From the human T2T-CHM13v2.0 reference genome, Homo sapiens, in NCBI RefSeq assembly GCF_009914755.1, contig NC_060933.1: DNA of 64,000 bases; one strand, given 5' to 3'. The translations under genes and the position numbers were made by a program. The notes beneath the pieces were generated by a model. The model was not told the origin of the DNA, made no database searches, and was given only the letters and a program-made list of their open reading frames with translations. Shown here in pieces: positions 30,101 to 44,520 of this stretch. Positions within the stretch are counted from its first letter, which is position 1, and every line of letters starts with the position of its first letter.

Positions 30101-33100
30101 GGAATGGAATGCAATGGAATGGAATCAACCGGAGTACAATGGAATGGAATGGAATGGAATCGAATGGAATGGAATGGAATGGAATGGAATGGAATTGAAT
30201 GGAATGGAATGCCTTCAAACCGAATGGAATGGAAAGGAATGGAATCAACACGAGTGGAATGGAATGGAATGGAAAGTAATGGAATGGAATGGAATGGTAC
30301 GGAATAGAATGGAATGGAACGAAATGGAATGGAATGGAATGAAATGGAATGGAATGGAATGGAATAGAATCGTTCCGAGTGGAATAGGAGGGAATGTATT
30401 CGAGTGGAATGGGAAGGAATGGAATCAACCAGAGTGGAATGGAAGGGAATGGAATGGAATGGAAACTAATAGAATGGAATCAACCAGAGTGGAATGGAAT
30501 GGAAAGGACTGGAATGGAATGGAATGGAATGGAATGGAATGGAATGGAATCAACTCGATTGTAATGGAATGGAATGGAATGGAATGGAATGGAATGGAAT
30601 TAACCCGAATACAATGGAAAGAATTGGAGTGGAATGGAACGGAACGGAGTGGAATGGAATGGAATCAACCCGAGTGCAGGGGAATGGAATGGAATGGAAT
30701 GGAATGGAATGGAATGGAATGGAATCAACCCGAGTGCAGGGGAATGTAATGGAACGGAATGCAATGGAATGGAATCATCCGGAATGGAATGGAAAGGAAT
30801 GCAATGGAATGGAATGGAATGGAATGAAATAGAATGGAATCAACTCGATTGCAATCGAATGGAATGGAATGGAATTAACCCGAATAGAATGGAATGGAAT
30901 GGAATGGAATGGAACGGAACGGAATTGAATGGAATGGAATGGAATGGAACGGAAAGGAATGGAATGGAATGGAATGGAATGGAATGGAATGGAATGGAAT
31001 CAACGCGAGTGCAGGGGAATGGAATGGAATGGAATGGAATGGAATGGAATGGAATCAACCCGAGTGCAATGGAATGGAGTGGAATGGAATGGAATGGAAT
31101 GGAACAACCCGAATGGAATGGAATGTAATGGAGAGTAAGGGAGTTGAAAAGAATCAATCCGAATGTAATGGAATGGAATGGAACGGAATAGAAAGGAATG
31201 GAATGGAATGGAATGGAATGGAATGGAATGGAATGGAATGCAATGGAATGGAATCAACCCAAGTGCAATCGAATGGAATCGAATGGAATGGAATGCAATG
31301 GAATGGATTCAACTTGAATGGAATGGAAAGAATGGAATCAACACGAGTGGAATGGCATGGATTGGAATGGAATGGAATGGAATCAACCCAAGTACAGGGG
31401 AATGGAATGGAATGGAATGCAATGGAATGGAATCATCCGTAATGGAATGGAAAGGAATGGAATGGAATGGAATGGAATGGAATGGAATGGTATGGAATGG
31501 AATGGAATGGAATGGAATCAACGCGAGTGCAGGGGAATGTAATGGAACGGAATGCAATGGAATGGAATCATCCGGAATGGAATGGAATGGAATGGAATGG
31601 AATGGAATGGAATCAACCCGAGTGCAATGGAATGGAGTGGAATGGAATGGAATGGAATGGAACAACCCGAATGGAATGGAATGTAATGGAGAGTAACGGA
31701 GTTGAATAGAATAAATTCGAATGTAATGGAATGGAATGGAATGGAATGGAATGGAATGGAATCAACCCGAGTGCAGGGGAATGGAATGGAATGGAATTCA
31801 ATGGAATGGAACCATCCGGAATGGAATGGAATGGAATGGAATGGAATGGAATGGAATGGAATGGAATGGAATCAACCCGAGTGCAATGGAATGGAGAGGA
31901 ATGGAATGGAACGGAATGGAAACTACCCGATTGGAATGTAATGTAATGGAGTGTAAGGGAATTGAATAGAATGAATCCGAATGGAATGGAATGGAATGGA
32001 ACGGAATGGAACGGAATGCAATGGAATGGAATGGAATGGAATGGAATGGAATGGAATGGAATGGAATGGAATGGAATGGTATGGAATGGAATGGTACGGA
32101 ATAGAATGGAAAGGAAAGAATTGGAATGGAATGGAATGGAATGGAATGGAATGGAATGGAATGGAATCAACCCGAGTGCAGGGGAATGTAATGGAACGGA
32201 ATGCAATGGAATGGAATCATCCGGAATGGAATGGAAAGGAATGGAATGGAATGGAATGGAATGGAATGGAATGGAATAGAATGGAATCAACTCGATTGCA
32301 ATCGAATGGAATGGAATGGAATTAACCCGAATAGAATGGAATGGAATGGAATGGAACGGAACGGAATTGAATGGAATGGAATGGATTGGAACGGAATGGA
32401 ATGGAATGGAATGGAATGGAATAGAATCAACGCGAGTGCAGGGGAATGGAATGGAATGGAATGGAATGGAATGGAATCAACCCGAGTGCAATTGAATGGA
32501 GTGGATTGGAATGGAATGGAATGGAACAACCCGAATGGAATGGAATGTAATGGAGAGTAAGGGAGTTGAAAAGAATCAATCCGAATGTAATGGAATGGAA
32601 TGGAACGGAATAGAATGGAATGGAATGGAATGGAATGGAATGGAATGCAATGGAATGGAATCAACCCGAGTGCAATCGAATGGAATCGAATGGAATGGAA
32701 TGCAATGGAATGGATTCAACTTGAATGGAATGGAAAGAATGGAATCAACACGAGTGGAATGGCATGGATTGGAATGGAATGGAATGGAATCAACCCAAGT
32801 ACAGGGGAATGGAATGGAATGGAATGCAATGGAATGGAATCATCCGTAATGGAATGGAAAGGAATGGAATGGAATGGAATGGAATGGAATGGAATGGATT
32901 GGAATCAACTCGATTGTAATCGAATGGAATGGAATGGAATTAACCCCAATAGAATGGAATGGAATGGAATGGAACGGAAAGGAATGGAAGGGAATGGAAT
33001 GGAATGGAATGCAATGGAACGGAAAGGAATGGAATGGAATGGAATGGAATGGAATGGATTCAACGCGAGTGCAGGGGAATGGAATGGAATGGAATGCAAT

Positions 33101-36100
33101 GGAATGGAATCTTCCGGAATGGATTGGAATGGAATGGAATGGAATGCAATGGATTCAACTCGATTGCAATGGAGTGGAATAGAATGGAATGGAATGGAAT
33201 TGAATTAACCCGAATAGAATGGAATGGAATGGAATGGAACGGAACGGAACGGAACGGAATGGAATGGAATGGAATGGAATGGAATGGAATTGTATGGAAT
33301 GGAATGGAATGGTACGGAATAGAATGGAATGGAAAGAATTGGAATGGAATGGAAACGAATGGAATGATATGGAATGGAATGGAATGGAATGGACTCAACC
33401 CGAGTGCAGGCGAATGTAATGGAACGGAATGCAATGGAATGGAATCATCCGGAATGGAATGGAATGGAATGGAATGGAATGGAATGAAATCAACCCGAGT
33501 GCAATGGAATGGAATGGAATGGAATGGAATGGAACAACCCGAATGGAATGCAATGTAATGGAGAGTAAGGGAGTTGAATAGAATCAATCCGAATGTAATG
33601 GAATGGAATGCAACGGAATGGAATGGAATGGAATGGAATGGAATGGAATGCAACGGAATGGAATCAACCCGAGTACAATGGAATGGAATGGTATGGAATC
33701 GAATGGAATGGAATGGAATGGAATGGAATTGAATGGAATGGAATGCCTTCAAACCGAATGGAATGGAAAGGAATGGAATCAACACGAGTGGAATGGAATG
33801 GAATGGAAAGTAATGGAATGGAATGGAATGGTACGGAATAGAATGGAATGGAACGAAATGGAATGGAATGGAATGGAATGGAATGGAATGGAATCGTTCC
33901 GAGTGGAATAGGAGGGAATGTATTCGAGTGGAATGGAAAGGAATGGAATCAACCAGAGTGGAATGGAAGGGAATGGAATGGAATGGAAACTAATAGAATG
34001 GAATCAACCCGAGTGGAATGGAATGGAAAGGACTGGAATGGAATTGAATGGAATGGAATGGAATGGAATGGAATGGAATCAACTCGATTGTAATGGAATG
34101 GAATGGAATGGAATGGAATGGAATGGAATGGAATGGAATTAACCCGAATACAATGGAATGGAATGGAATGGAATGGAACGGAACGGAGTGGAATGGAATG
34201 GAATCAACCCGAGTGCAGGGGAATGGAATGGAATGGAATGCAATGGAATGGAATCATTCAGAATGGAATGGAATGGAATGGAATGCAAAGCAATGGAATC
34301 AACTCGATTGCAATGGAATCAACTCGATTGCAATGGAATGGAATGGAATCAACCCGAGTGGAATGGAAAGGAAAGGACTGGAATGGAGTGGAATGGAATG
34401 GAATGGAATGGAATGGAATCAACTCGATTGGAATGCAATGGAATGTAAAGGAATGGAATGGAATGGAATGGAATTAACCCGAATAGAATGGAATGGAATG
34501 GAATGGAACGGAATGGAATGGAATGGAATGGAATCAACCCGACTGCAGGGGAATGGAATGGAATGGAATGGAATGGAATGGAATGGAATCATCCGGAACG
34601 GAATGGAATGGAATGGAATGGAATCAACTCGATTGCAATGGAATGGAATGGAATGGAATGGAATCGAATGGAATGGAATGGAATTAACCGGAATAGAATG
34701 CAATGGAATGGAATGGAACGGAAAGGAATGGAATGGAATGGAATGGAATGGAATGGAATGGAATGGAATGGAATGGAATGGAATCAACCCGAGTGCAGGG
34801 GAATGGAATGGAATTGAATGCAATGGAATGGAATCATCCGGAATGGAATGGAATGGAATGGAATGCAATCAACCTGATGCAATGGAATGGAGTGGAATGG
34901 AATGGAATGGAATGGAAACATCCCGAATGGAATGGCATGGAATGGAGTGTAAGGGAATTGAATAGAATCAATCCGAATGTAATGGAATGGAATGGAATGA
35001 AATGGAAAGGAATGGAATGGAATGGAATCAACCCGAGTGCAATGGAATGGATTCGAATGGAATGGAATGGAATGGAATGGATTCAACAAGAATGGAATGG
35101 AAAGGAATGGAATCAACCCGAGTGTAATGGAATGGAATGGAACGGAATGGAATGGGATGGAATGGAATGCTACGGAATAGAATGGAATGGAATGAAATGG
35201 AATGGAATGGAATGGAATGGAATGAACCCGTGTGCAATGGAATGGAATGGAATGGAATGGAATGGATTCAACTCGAATGGAATCAACTCGATTGCAATGG
35301 AATGGAATGGAATGGAAAGGAATAGAATGGAATCAACCCGAGTGAAATGGAATGGAAAGGACTGGAATGGAGTGGAATGGAATGGAATGGAAATAACCCG
35401 AATAGAATGGAATGGAACGGAATGGAACGGAATGTAATGGAATGGAATGGAATGGAATCAACCCGAATGCAGAGGAATGGAATGGAATGGAATGCAATGG
35501 AATGGAATCATCCAGAATGGAATGGAATGGAATGGAATGGAATGGAATGGAATGGAATGGAATCAACTCGATTTCAATGGAATGGAATGGAATAGAATGG
35601 AATGGAATTAACAAGAAAAGAATGGAATGGAATGGAATAGAATGGAACAGAAAGGAATGGAATGGAATGGAATGGAATCAACCCAAGTGCAGGGGAATGG
35701 AATGGAATGGAATTCCATGGAATGGAATCATCCGGAATGGAATGGAATGGAATGGAATGGAATGGAATGGAATGGAATCAACCCGAGTGCAATGGAATGG
35801 AGAGGAATGGAATGGAATGGAATGGAAACTACCCGAATGGAATGGAATGTAATGGAGTGTAAGGGAATTGAATAGAATGAATCCAAATGGAATGGAATGG
35901 AATGGAATGGAATGGAATGGAATGGAATGGAATGCAATGCCATGGAATCAACCCGAGTGCAATCGAATGGAATCGAATGGAATGGAATGCAATGGAACGG
36001 ATTCAACTTGAATGGAATGGAAAGAATGGAATCAACACGAGTGGAATGGCATGGATTGGAATGGAATGGAATGGAATCAACCCGAGTACAGGGGAATGGA

Positions 36101-38369
36101 ATGGAATGGAATGAAATGGAATGGAATCATCCGAAATGTAATGGAAAGGAATGGAATGGAATGGAATGGAATGGAATGGAATGGAGTGTAATGGAATCAA
36201 CTCGATTGCAATCGAATGGAATGGAATGGAATGGAACGGAACGGAATGGAATGGAATGGAATGGAATGGAATGGAATGGAATGGAACCGATCGGAATGGA
36301 ATGGAATGGAATGGAATGGAATGGAATCAACGCGAGTGTAGGGGAATGGAAAGGAATGGAATGCAATGGAATGGAATCTTCCGGAATGGAATGGAATGGA
36401 ATGGAATGGAATGGAATGGAATCAACCCGAGTACAGGGGAATGGAATGGAATGTAATGCAATGGAATGGAATCATCCGTAATGGAATGGAAATGAATGGA
36501 ATGGAATGGAATGGAATGGAATGGAATGGAATGGAATCAACTCGATTGCAATCGAATGGAATGGAATGGAATTAACCCGAATAAAATGGAACGGAATAGA
36601 ATGGAACGGATCGGAAAGGAATGGAATGGAATGGAATGGAATGGCATGGAAGGGAATGGAATGGAATAGAATGGAATGGAATGGAATGGAATCAACGCGA
36701 GTGCAGGGGAATGGAATGGAATGGAATGCAATGGAATGGAATCTTCTGGAATGGAATGGAATGGAATGGAATGGAATGCAATGGATTCAACTCGATTGCA
36801 ATAGAATGGAATAGAATGGAATGGAATGGAATGGAATGGAATGGAAGTAACCCGAATAGATTGGAATGGAACGGAATGGAACGGAACGGAACGGAACGGA
36901 ATGCAATGGAATGGAATGGAATGGAATGGAATTGTATGGAATGGAATGGAATGGTACGGAATAGAAAGGAATGGAAAGAATTGGAATGGAATGGAATCGA
37001 ATGGAATGGAATGGAATGGAATGGAACGGAACGGAACGGAACGGAATGGAATGGAATGGAATGGAACGGAAAGGAATGGAATGGAATGCAATGGAATGGA
37101 ATGGAATGGAATGGAATGGAATCAACGCGAGTGCAGGGGAATGGAATGGAATGGAATGCAATGGAATGGAATCTTCCGGAATGGAATGGAATGGAATGGA
37201 ATGGAACGGAATGGAATGCAATGGATTCAACTCGATTGCAATGGAATGGAATAGAATGGAATGGAATGGAATGGAATGGAATTAACCCGAATAGAATGGA
37301 ATGGAATGGAATGGAACGGAACGGAACGGAACGGAATGGAATGGAATGGAATGGAATGGAATGGAATTGTATGGAATGGAATGGAATGGTACGGAATAGA
37401 ATGGAATGGAATGGAATGGAATGGAATGGAATGGAATGGAATGGAATGGAATCAACCCGAGTGCAGAGGAATGTAATGGAACGGAATGCAATGGAATGGA
37501 ATCATCCGGAATGGAATGGAATGGAATGGAATGGAATGGAATCAACCCGAGTGCAATGGAATGGAGTGAAATGGAATGGAATGGAATGGAACAACCCGAA
37601 TGGAATGTAATGTAATGGAGAGTAAGGGAGTTGAATAGAATCAATCCGAAAGTAATGGAATGGAACGGTATGGAATGGAATGGAATGGAATGGAATGGAA
37701 TGGAATGGAATGCAATGGAATGGAATCAACCCGAGTACAATGGAATGGAATGGAATGGAATGGAATGGAATATAATGGAATGGAATGGAATGGAATCAAC
37801 CCGAGTGCAATGGAATGGAGAGGAATGGAATGGAATGGAATGGAAACTACCCGAATGGAATGGAATGTAATGGAGTGTAAGGGAATTGAATAGAATCAAT
37901 CCGAATGGAATGGAATGGAATGGAACGGAATGTAATGGAATGGAATGGAATGGAATGGAATCAACCCGAGTGCAGGGGAATGGAATGGAATGGAATGCAA
38001 TGGAATGGAATCATCCGGAATGGAATGGAATGGAATGGAATGGAATGGAATGGAATGGAATGGAATGGAATCAACCCGAGTGCAATGAAATGGAGAGGAA
38101 TGGAATGGAATGGAATGGAAATTACCCGATTGGAATGTAATGTAATGGAGTGTAAGGGAATTGAATAGAATGAATCCGAATGGAATGGAATGGAATGGAA
38201 CGGAATGGAACGGAATGCAATGGAATGGAATGGAATGGAATGGAATGGAATGGAATGGAATGGAATGGAATGGTATGGAATGGAATGGAATGGTACGGAA
38301 TAGAATGGAAAGGAAAGAATTGGAATGGAATGGAATGGAATGGAATGGAATGGAATGGAATGGAATGGA

Positions 38370-41130
38370 ATCAACCCGAGTGCAGGGGAATGTAATGGAA
38401 CGGAATGCAATGGAATGGAATCATCCGGAATGGAATGGAAAGGAATGCAATGGAATGGAATGGAATGGAATGGAATAGAATGGAATCAACTCGATTGCAA
38501 TCGAATGGAATGGAATGGAATTAACCCGAATAGAATGGAATGGAATGGAATGGAACGGAAAGGAATTTAATGGAATGGAATGGAATGGAACGGAAAGGAA
38601 TGGAATGGAATGGAATGGAATGGAATGGAATGGAATGGAATGCAATCAACGCGAGTGCAGGGGAATGGAATGGAATGGAATGGAATGGAATGGAATGGAA
38701 TGGAATCAACCCGAGTGCAATGGAATGGAGTGGAATGGAATGGAATGGAATGGAACAACCCGAATGGAATGGAATGTAATGGAGAGTAAGGGAGTTGAAA
38801 AGAATCAATCCGAATGTAATGGAATGGAATGGAACGGAATAGAAAGGAATGGAATGGAATGGAATGGAATGGAATGGAATGCAATGGAATGGAATCAACC
38901 CGAGTGCAATCGAATGGAATCGAATGGAATGGAATGCAATGGAATGGATTCAACTTGAATGGAATGGAAAGAATGGAATCAACACGAGTGGAATGGCATG
39001 GATTGGAATGGAATGGAATGGAATCAACCCAAGTACAGGGGAATGGAATGGAATGGAATGCAATGGAATGGAATCATCCGTAATGGAATGGAAAGGAATG
39101 GAATGGAATGGAATGGAATGGAATGGAATGGAATGGTATGGAATGGAATGGAATGGAATGGAATCAACACGAGTGCAGGGGAATGTAATGGAACGGAATG
39201 CAATGGAATGGAATCATCCGGAATGGAATGGAATGGAATGGAATCAACCCGAGTGCAATGGAATGGAGTGGAATGGAATGGAATGCAATGGAACAACCCG
39301 AATGGAATGGAAAGTAATGGAGAGTAACGGAGATGAATAGAATAAATCCGAATGTAATGGAATGGAATGGAAAGGAATGGAATGGAATAGAATGGAATGG
39401 AATGGAATCAACCCGAGTGCAGGGGAATGGAATGGAATTGAATAGAATGGAATGGAATGGAATCAACCCGAGTGCAGGGGAATGGAATGGAATGGAATGC
39501 AATGGAATGGAACCATCCGGAATGGAATGGAATGGAATGGAATGGAATGGAATGGAATGGAATGGAATGGAATGGAATCAACCCGAGTGCAATGGAATGG
39601 AGAGGAATGGAATGGAACGGAATGGAAACTACCCGATTGGAATGTAATGTAATGGAGTCTAAGGGAATTGAATAGAATGAATCCGAATGGAATGGAATGG
39701 AATGGAACGGAATGGAACGGAATGCAATGGAATGGAAGGAATGGAATGGAATGGAATGGAATGGAATGGAATGGAATGGAATGGTATGGAATGGAATGGT
39801 ACGGAATAGAATGGAAAGGAAAGAATTGGAATGGAATGGAATGGAATGGAATGGAATGGAATCAACCCGAGTGCAGGGGAATGTAATGGAACGGAATGCA
39901 ATGGAATGGAATCATCCGGAACGGAAAGGAATGGAATGGAATGGAATGGAATGGAATGGAATGGAATGGAATGGAATCAACGCGAGTGCAGGGGAATGGA
40001 ATGGAATGGAATGCAATGGAATGGAATGGAATCAACCCGAGTGCAATGGAATGGAGTGGAATGGAATGGAATGGAATGGAACAACCCGAATGGAATGGAA
40101 TGTAATGGAGAGTAAGGGAGTTGAAAAGAATCAATCCGAATGTAATGGAATGGAATGGAACGGAATAGAATGGAATGGAATGGAATGGAATGGAATGGAA
40201 TGCAATGGAATGGAATCAACCGGAGTGCAATCGAATGGAATCGAATGGAATGGAATGCAATGGAATGGATTCAACTTGAATGGAATGGAAAGAATGGAAT
40301 CAACACGAGTGGAATGGCATGGATTGGAATGGAATGGAATGGAATCAACCCAAGTACAGGGGAATGGAATGGAATGGAATGCAATGGAATGGAATCATCC
40401 GTAATGGAATGGAAAGGAATGGAATGGAATGGAATGGAATGGAATGGATTGGAATCAACTCGATTGTAATCGAATGGAATGGAATGGAATTAACCCCAAT
40501 AGAATGGAATGGAATGGAATGGAACGGAACGGAATGGAAGGGAATGGAATGGAATGGAATGCAATGGAACGGAAAGGAATGGAATGGAATGGAATGGAAT
40601 GGAATGGATTCAACGCGAGTGCAGGGGAATGGAATGGAATGGAATGCAATGGAATGGAATCTTCCGGAATGGATTGGAATGGAATGGAATGGAATGCAAT
40701 GGATTCAACTCGATTGCAATGGAGTGGAATAGAATGGAATGGAATGGAATGGAATTAACCCGAATAGAATGGAATGGAATGGAATGGAACGGAACGGAAC
40801 GGAACGGAACGGAATGGAATGGAATGGAATGGAATGGAATGGAATTGTATGGAATGGAATGGAATGGTACGGAATAGAATGGAATGGAAAGAATTGGAAT
40901 GGAATGGAAACGAATGGAATGATATGGAATGGAATGGAATGGAATGGACTCAACCCGAGTGCAGGCGAATGTAATGGAACGGAATGCAATGCAATGGAAT
41001 CATCCGGAATGGAATGGAATGGAATGGAATGGAATGGAATCAACCTGAGTGCAATGCAATGGAGTGGAATGGAAAGGAATGGAATGGAACAGCACGAATG
41101 GAATGGAATGTAATGGAGAGTAAGGGAGTT
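38370..41130 (+). repeat. Duplicate of ~30720-33580 (offset ~7.55-7.65 kb)
   Basis: Shared GAGTAACGGAG, GAACCATCCGG, TAACCCCAAT (32941/40491) and GGACTCAACCCGAGTGCAGGCG (33391/40946). ORF twins 32905/40455 and 33219/40774. Confidence 0.88.
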
Positions 41131-44115
41131 GAATAGAATCAACCCGAATGTAATGGAATGGAATGGAACGGAATGGAATGGAATGGAATGCAATGGAATG
41201 GAATCAACCCGAGTGCAATCGAATGGAATCGAATGGAATGGAATGCAATGGAATGGATTCAACTTGAATGGAATGGAAAGAATGGAATCAACACGAGTGG
41301 AATGGCATGGAATGGAATGGAATGGAATGGAATCAACCCGAGTACAGGAGAATGGAATGGAATGGAATGCAGTGGAATGGAATCATTAGTAATGGAATGG
41401 AAAGGAATGGAATGGAATGGAATGGAATGGAATGGAATGGAATGAACTCGATTGCAATCGAATGGAATGGAATGGAATTAACCCGAATAGAATGGAATGG
41501 AATGGAATGGAACGGAACGGAATGGAATGGAATGGAATGGAATGGAACGGAACGGAACGGAATGGAATGGCATGGAATGGAATGGAATGGAATGGAATCA
41601 ACGCGAGTGCAGGGGAATGGAATGGAATGGAATGGAATGGAATGCAATGGAATGGAATCTTCCGGAATGGAATGGAATGGAATGGAATGCAATGGATTCA
41701 ACTCGATTGCAATGGAATGGAATAGAATGGAATGGAATGGAATGGAATGGAATTAACCCTAATAGAATGGAATGGAATGGAATGGAATGGAACGGAATAG
41801 AACGGAATGGAAAGCAATGGAATGGAATGGAACGGAATGGAATGGAATGCTATGGAATGGAATGGAATGGTACGGAATAGAATGGAATGGAACGAATTAG
41901 AATGGAATGGAATCGAATGGAATGGAATGGAATGGAATGGAATAAACGCGATTGCAGGGGAATGTAATAGAACGGAATGCAATGGAATGGAATCATCCGG
42001 AATGGAATGGAATGGAATGGAATGGAATGGAATGGAATGGAATGGAATGCAATGGAATGGAACCAACCCGAGTGCAATGGAATGGAGTGGAATGGAATGG
42101 AATGGAATGGAAGAACCCGAATGGAATGGAATGTAATGGAGAGTAAGGGAGTTAAAAAGAATCCATCCGAATGTAATGGAATGGAATGGAACGGAATGGA
42201 ATGGAATGGAATGGAATGGAATGGAATGGAATGGAATGGAATCAACCCGAGTGCAATCGAATGGAATCGAATGGAATGGAATGCAATGGAATGGATTCAA
42301 CTTGAATGGAATGGAAAGAATGGAATCAACACGAGTGGAATGGCATGGATTGCAATGGAATGGAATGGAATAAACCTGAGTACAGGGGAATGGAATGGAA
42401 TGGAAAGCAATGGAATGGCATCATCCGAAATGGAATGGAAAGGAATGGAATGGAATTGAATGGGATGGAATGGCTTCAAACCGAATGGAATGGAATGGAA
42501 TAGAATCAACACGAGTGGAATGGAATGGAATGGAATGGAATGGAATGGAATGGAATGGTATGGAATAGAATGGAGTGGAACGAAATGGAATGGAATAGAA
42601 TGCAATGGAATGGAATGGAATTGTTCCGAGGGAATAGGAGGGAATGTATTCGAGTGGAATGGAAAGGAATGGAATCAACCAGAGTGGAATGGAAGGGAAT
42701 GGAATGGAATGGAAACTAATAGAATGGAATCAACCCGAGTGGAAAGGAATGGAAAGGAATGGAATGGAATGGAATGGAATGGAATGGAATGGAATCAACT
42801 CGATTGTAATGGAATGGAATGGAATGGAATGGAATGGAATGGAATGGAATTAACCCGAATACAATGGAATGGAATGCAATGGAACGGAATGTAGTGGAAT
42901 GGAATGGAATCAACCCGAGTGCAGGGGAATGGAATGGAATGGAATGCAATGGAATGGAATCATCCGGAATGGAATGGAATGGAATGGAATGGAATGGATT
43001 CAACTCGAATGGAATCCACTCGATTGCAATGGAATGGAATGGAAAGGAATAGAATGGAATCAACCCGAGTGGAATGGAATGGAAAGGACTGGAATGGAGT
43101 GGAATGGAATGCAATGGAATGGAATTAACTCGATTGGAATGGAATGGAAAGGAATGGAATGGAATTAACCCGAATAGAATGGAATGGAATGGAATGGAAC
43201 GGAATGGAATAGAATGGAATGGAATGGAATGGAATGGAATGGAATGGAAAGGAAACAAACCGACTGCAGGGGAATGGAATGGAATGGAATGCAATGGAAT
43301 GGAATCATCCGGAACGGAATGGAATGTAATGTAATGGAATCAACTCGATTGCAATGGAATGGAATGGAATGGAATGGAATGGAATGGAATGGAATTCACC
43401 CGAATAGAATGGAATGGAATGGAATGGAAAGGAATGGAAGGGAAGGGAATGGAATGTAATCAACCCGAGTGCAGGGGAATGGAATGGAATGGAATGCAAT
43501 GGAATGGAATCATCCGGAATGGAATGGAATGGAATGGAATGGAATGGAATGGAATGGAATGGAATAGAATGCAATGGAATGGAATCAACCCGAGTACAAT
43601 GGAATGGAATGGAATGGAATGGAATGGAATGGAATGGAATGGAATTGAATGGAATGGAATGCCTTCAAACTGAATGGAATGGAAAGGAATGTAATCAACA
43701 CGAGTGGAATGGAATCGAATGGAATGGAATGGAATGGAATGCAATGGTACGGAATAGAATGGAATGGAACGAAATGGAATGGAATGGAATGGAAAGGAAT
43801 GGAATGGAACGGAATGGAATGGAATGGAATCGTTCCGAGTGGAATAGGAGGGAATGTATTCGAGTGAAATAGAAAGGAATGGAATCAACCAGAGTGCAAT
43901 GGAAGGGAATGGAATGGAATGGAAACTAATAGAATGGAATCAACCCGAGTGGAATGGAATGGAAAGGACTGGAATGGAATGGAATGGAATGGAATGGAAT
44001 GGAATCAACTCCATTGTAATGGAATGGAATGGAATGGAAAGGAGTGGAATGGAATGCAATGGAATTAACCCGAATACAATGAAAAGGAATGGAATGGAAC
44101 GGAATGCAAAGCAAA

Positions 44116-44137
44116 GGAATCAACTCGGGTTGATTCC
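44116..44137. other. Intra-array inversion breakpoint with 22-bp quasi-palindrome
   Basis: GGAATCAAC-TCGG-GTTGATTCC has 9-bp perfect inverted arms (44116-44124 and 44129-44137). Strand composition flips here. ACTCG (44123-44127) is shared by the left module CAACTCG(ATTG) and the right module (CC)ACTCGGGTTG. Confidence 0.93.
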
Positions 44138-44505
44138 ATTCCCTTCTTTCCATTCCATTCCATTCCATTCCATTCCATTCCGTTCCATTCCATTCCATTA
44201 CATTCGGATTGATTCTATTCAATTCCCTTACACTCCATTACATTGCATTCCATTCGGGTAGTTTCCACTCCATTCCATTCCCCTCCTCTCCATTCCATTG
44301 CACTCGGGTTGATTCCATTCCATTGCATTCCATTCCATTCCATTCAATTCCATTCCGTTCCATTCCATTCCATTATATTCGTATTGATTCTATTCAACTC
44401 CCTTACTCTCCATTACATTCGATTCCATTCAGGTTGTTCCATTCCATTCCATTCCATTCCACTCCATTCCATTGCAGTCGGGTTGATTCCATTCCATTCC
44501 ATTCC

Positions 44506-44520
44506 ATTCCGGAAGATTCC
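44506..44520. promoter_or_regulatory. HSE sequence match, first copy in the inverted arm
   Basis: aTTCc-gGAAg-aTTCc matches nTTCn-nGAAn-nTTCn. Confidence 0.45.

Larger units (their letters stand above)
1..44127 (+). repeat. Satellite III (HSat3-type) array, (GGAAT)n orientation
   Basis: Continuous GGAAT pentamers interspersed with the classical Sat3 decamer CAACCCGAGT and its relatives. No non-satellite sequence was seen. It lacks the CATTCGATT/GATGAT-dominated 23/26-mer organisation typical of HSat2. Confidence 0.96.

Noticed and set aside
44116-44137. Rho-independent terminator or transposon terminal inverted repeat at the hairpin
   Set aside because: The context is eukaryotic satellite with no gene, U-tract, target-site duplication or transposase. 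The hairpin is a by-product of joining two related motifs in opposite orientation.
44116-44140. New extended HSE created by the inversion
   Set aside because: The first TTC (44134-44136) is out of 5-bp register with the last gGAAt (44116-44120) and is separated from it by non-matching units.
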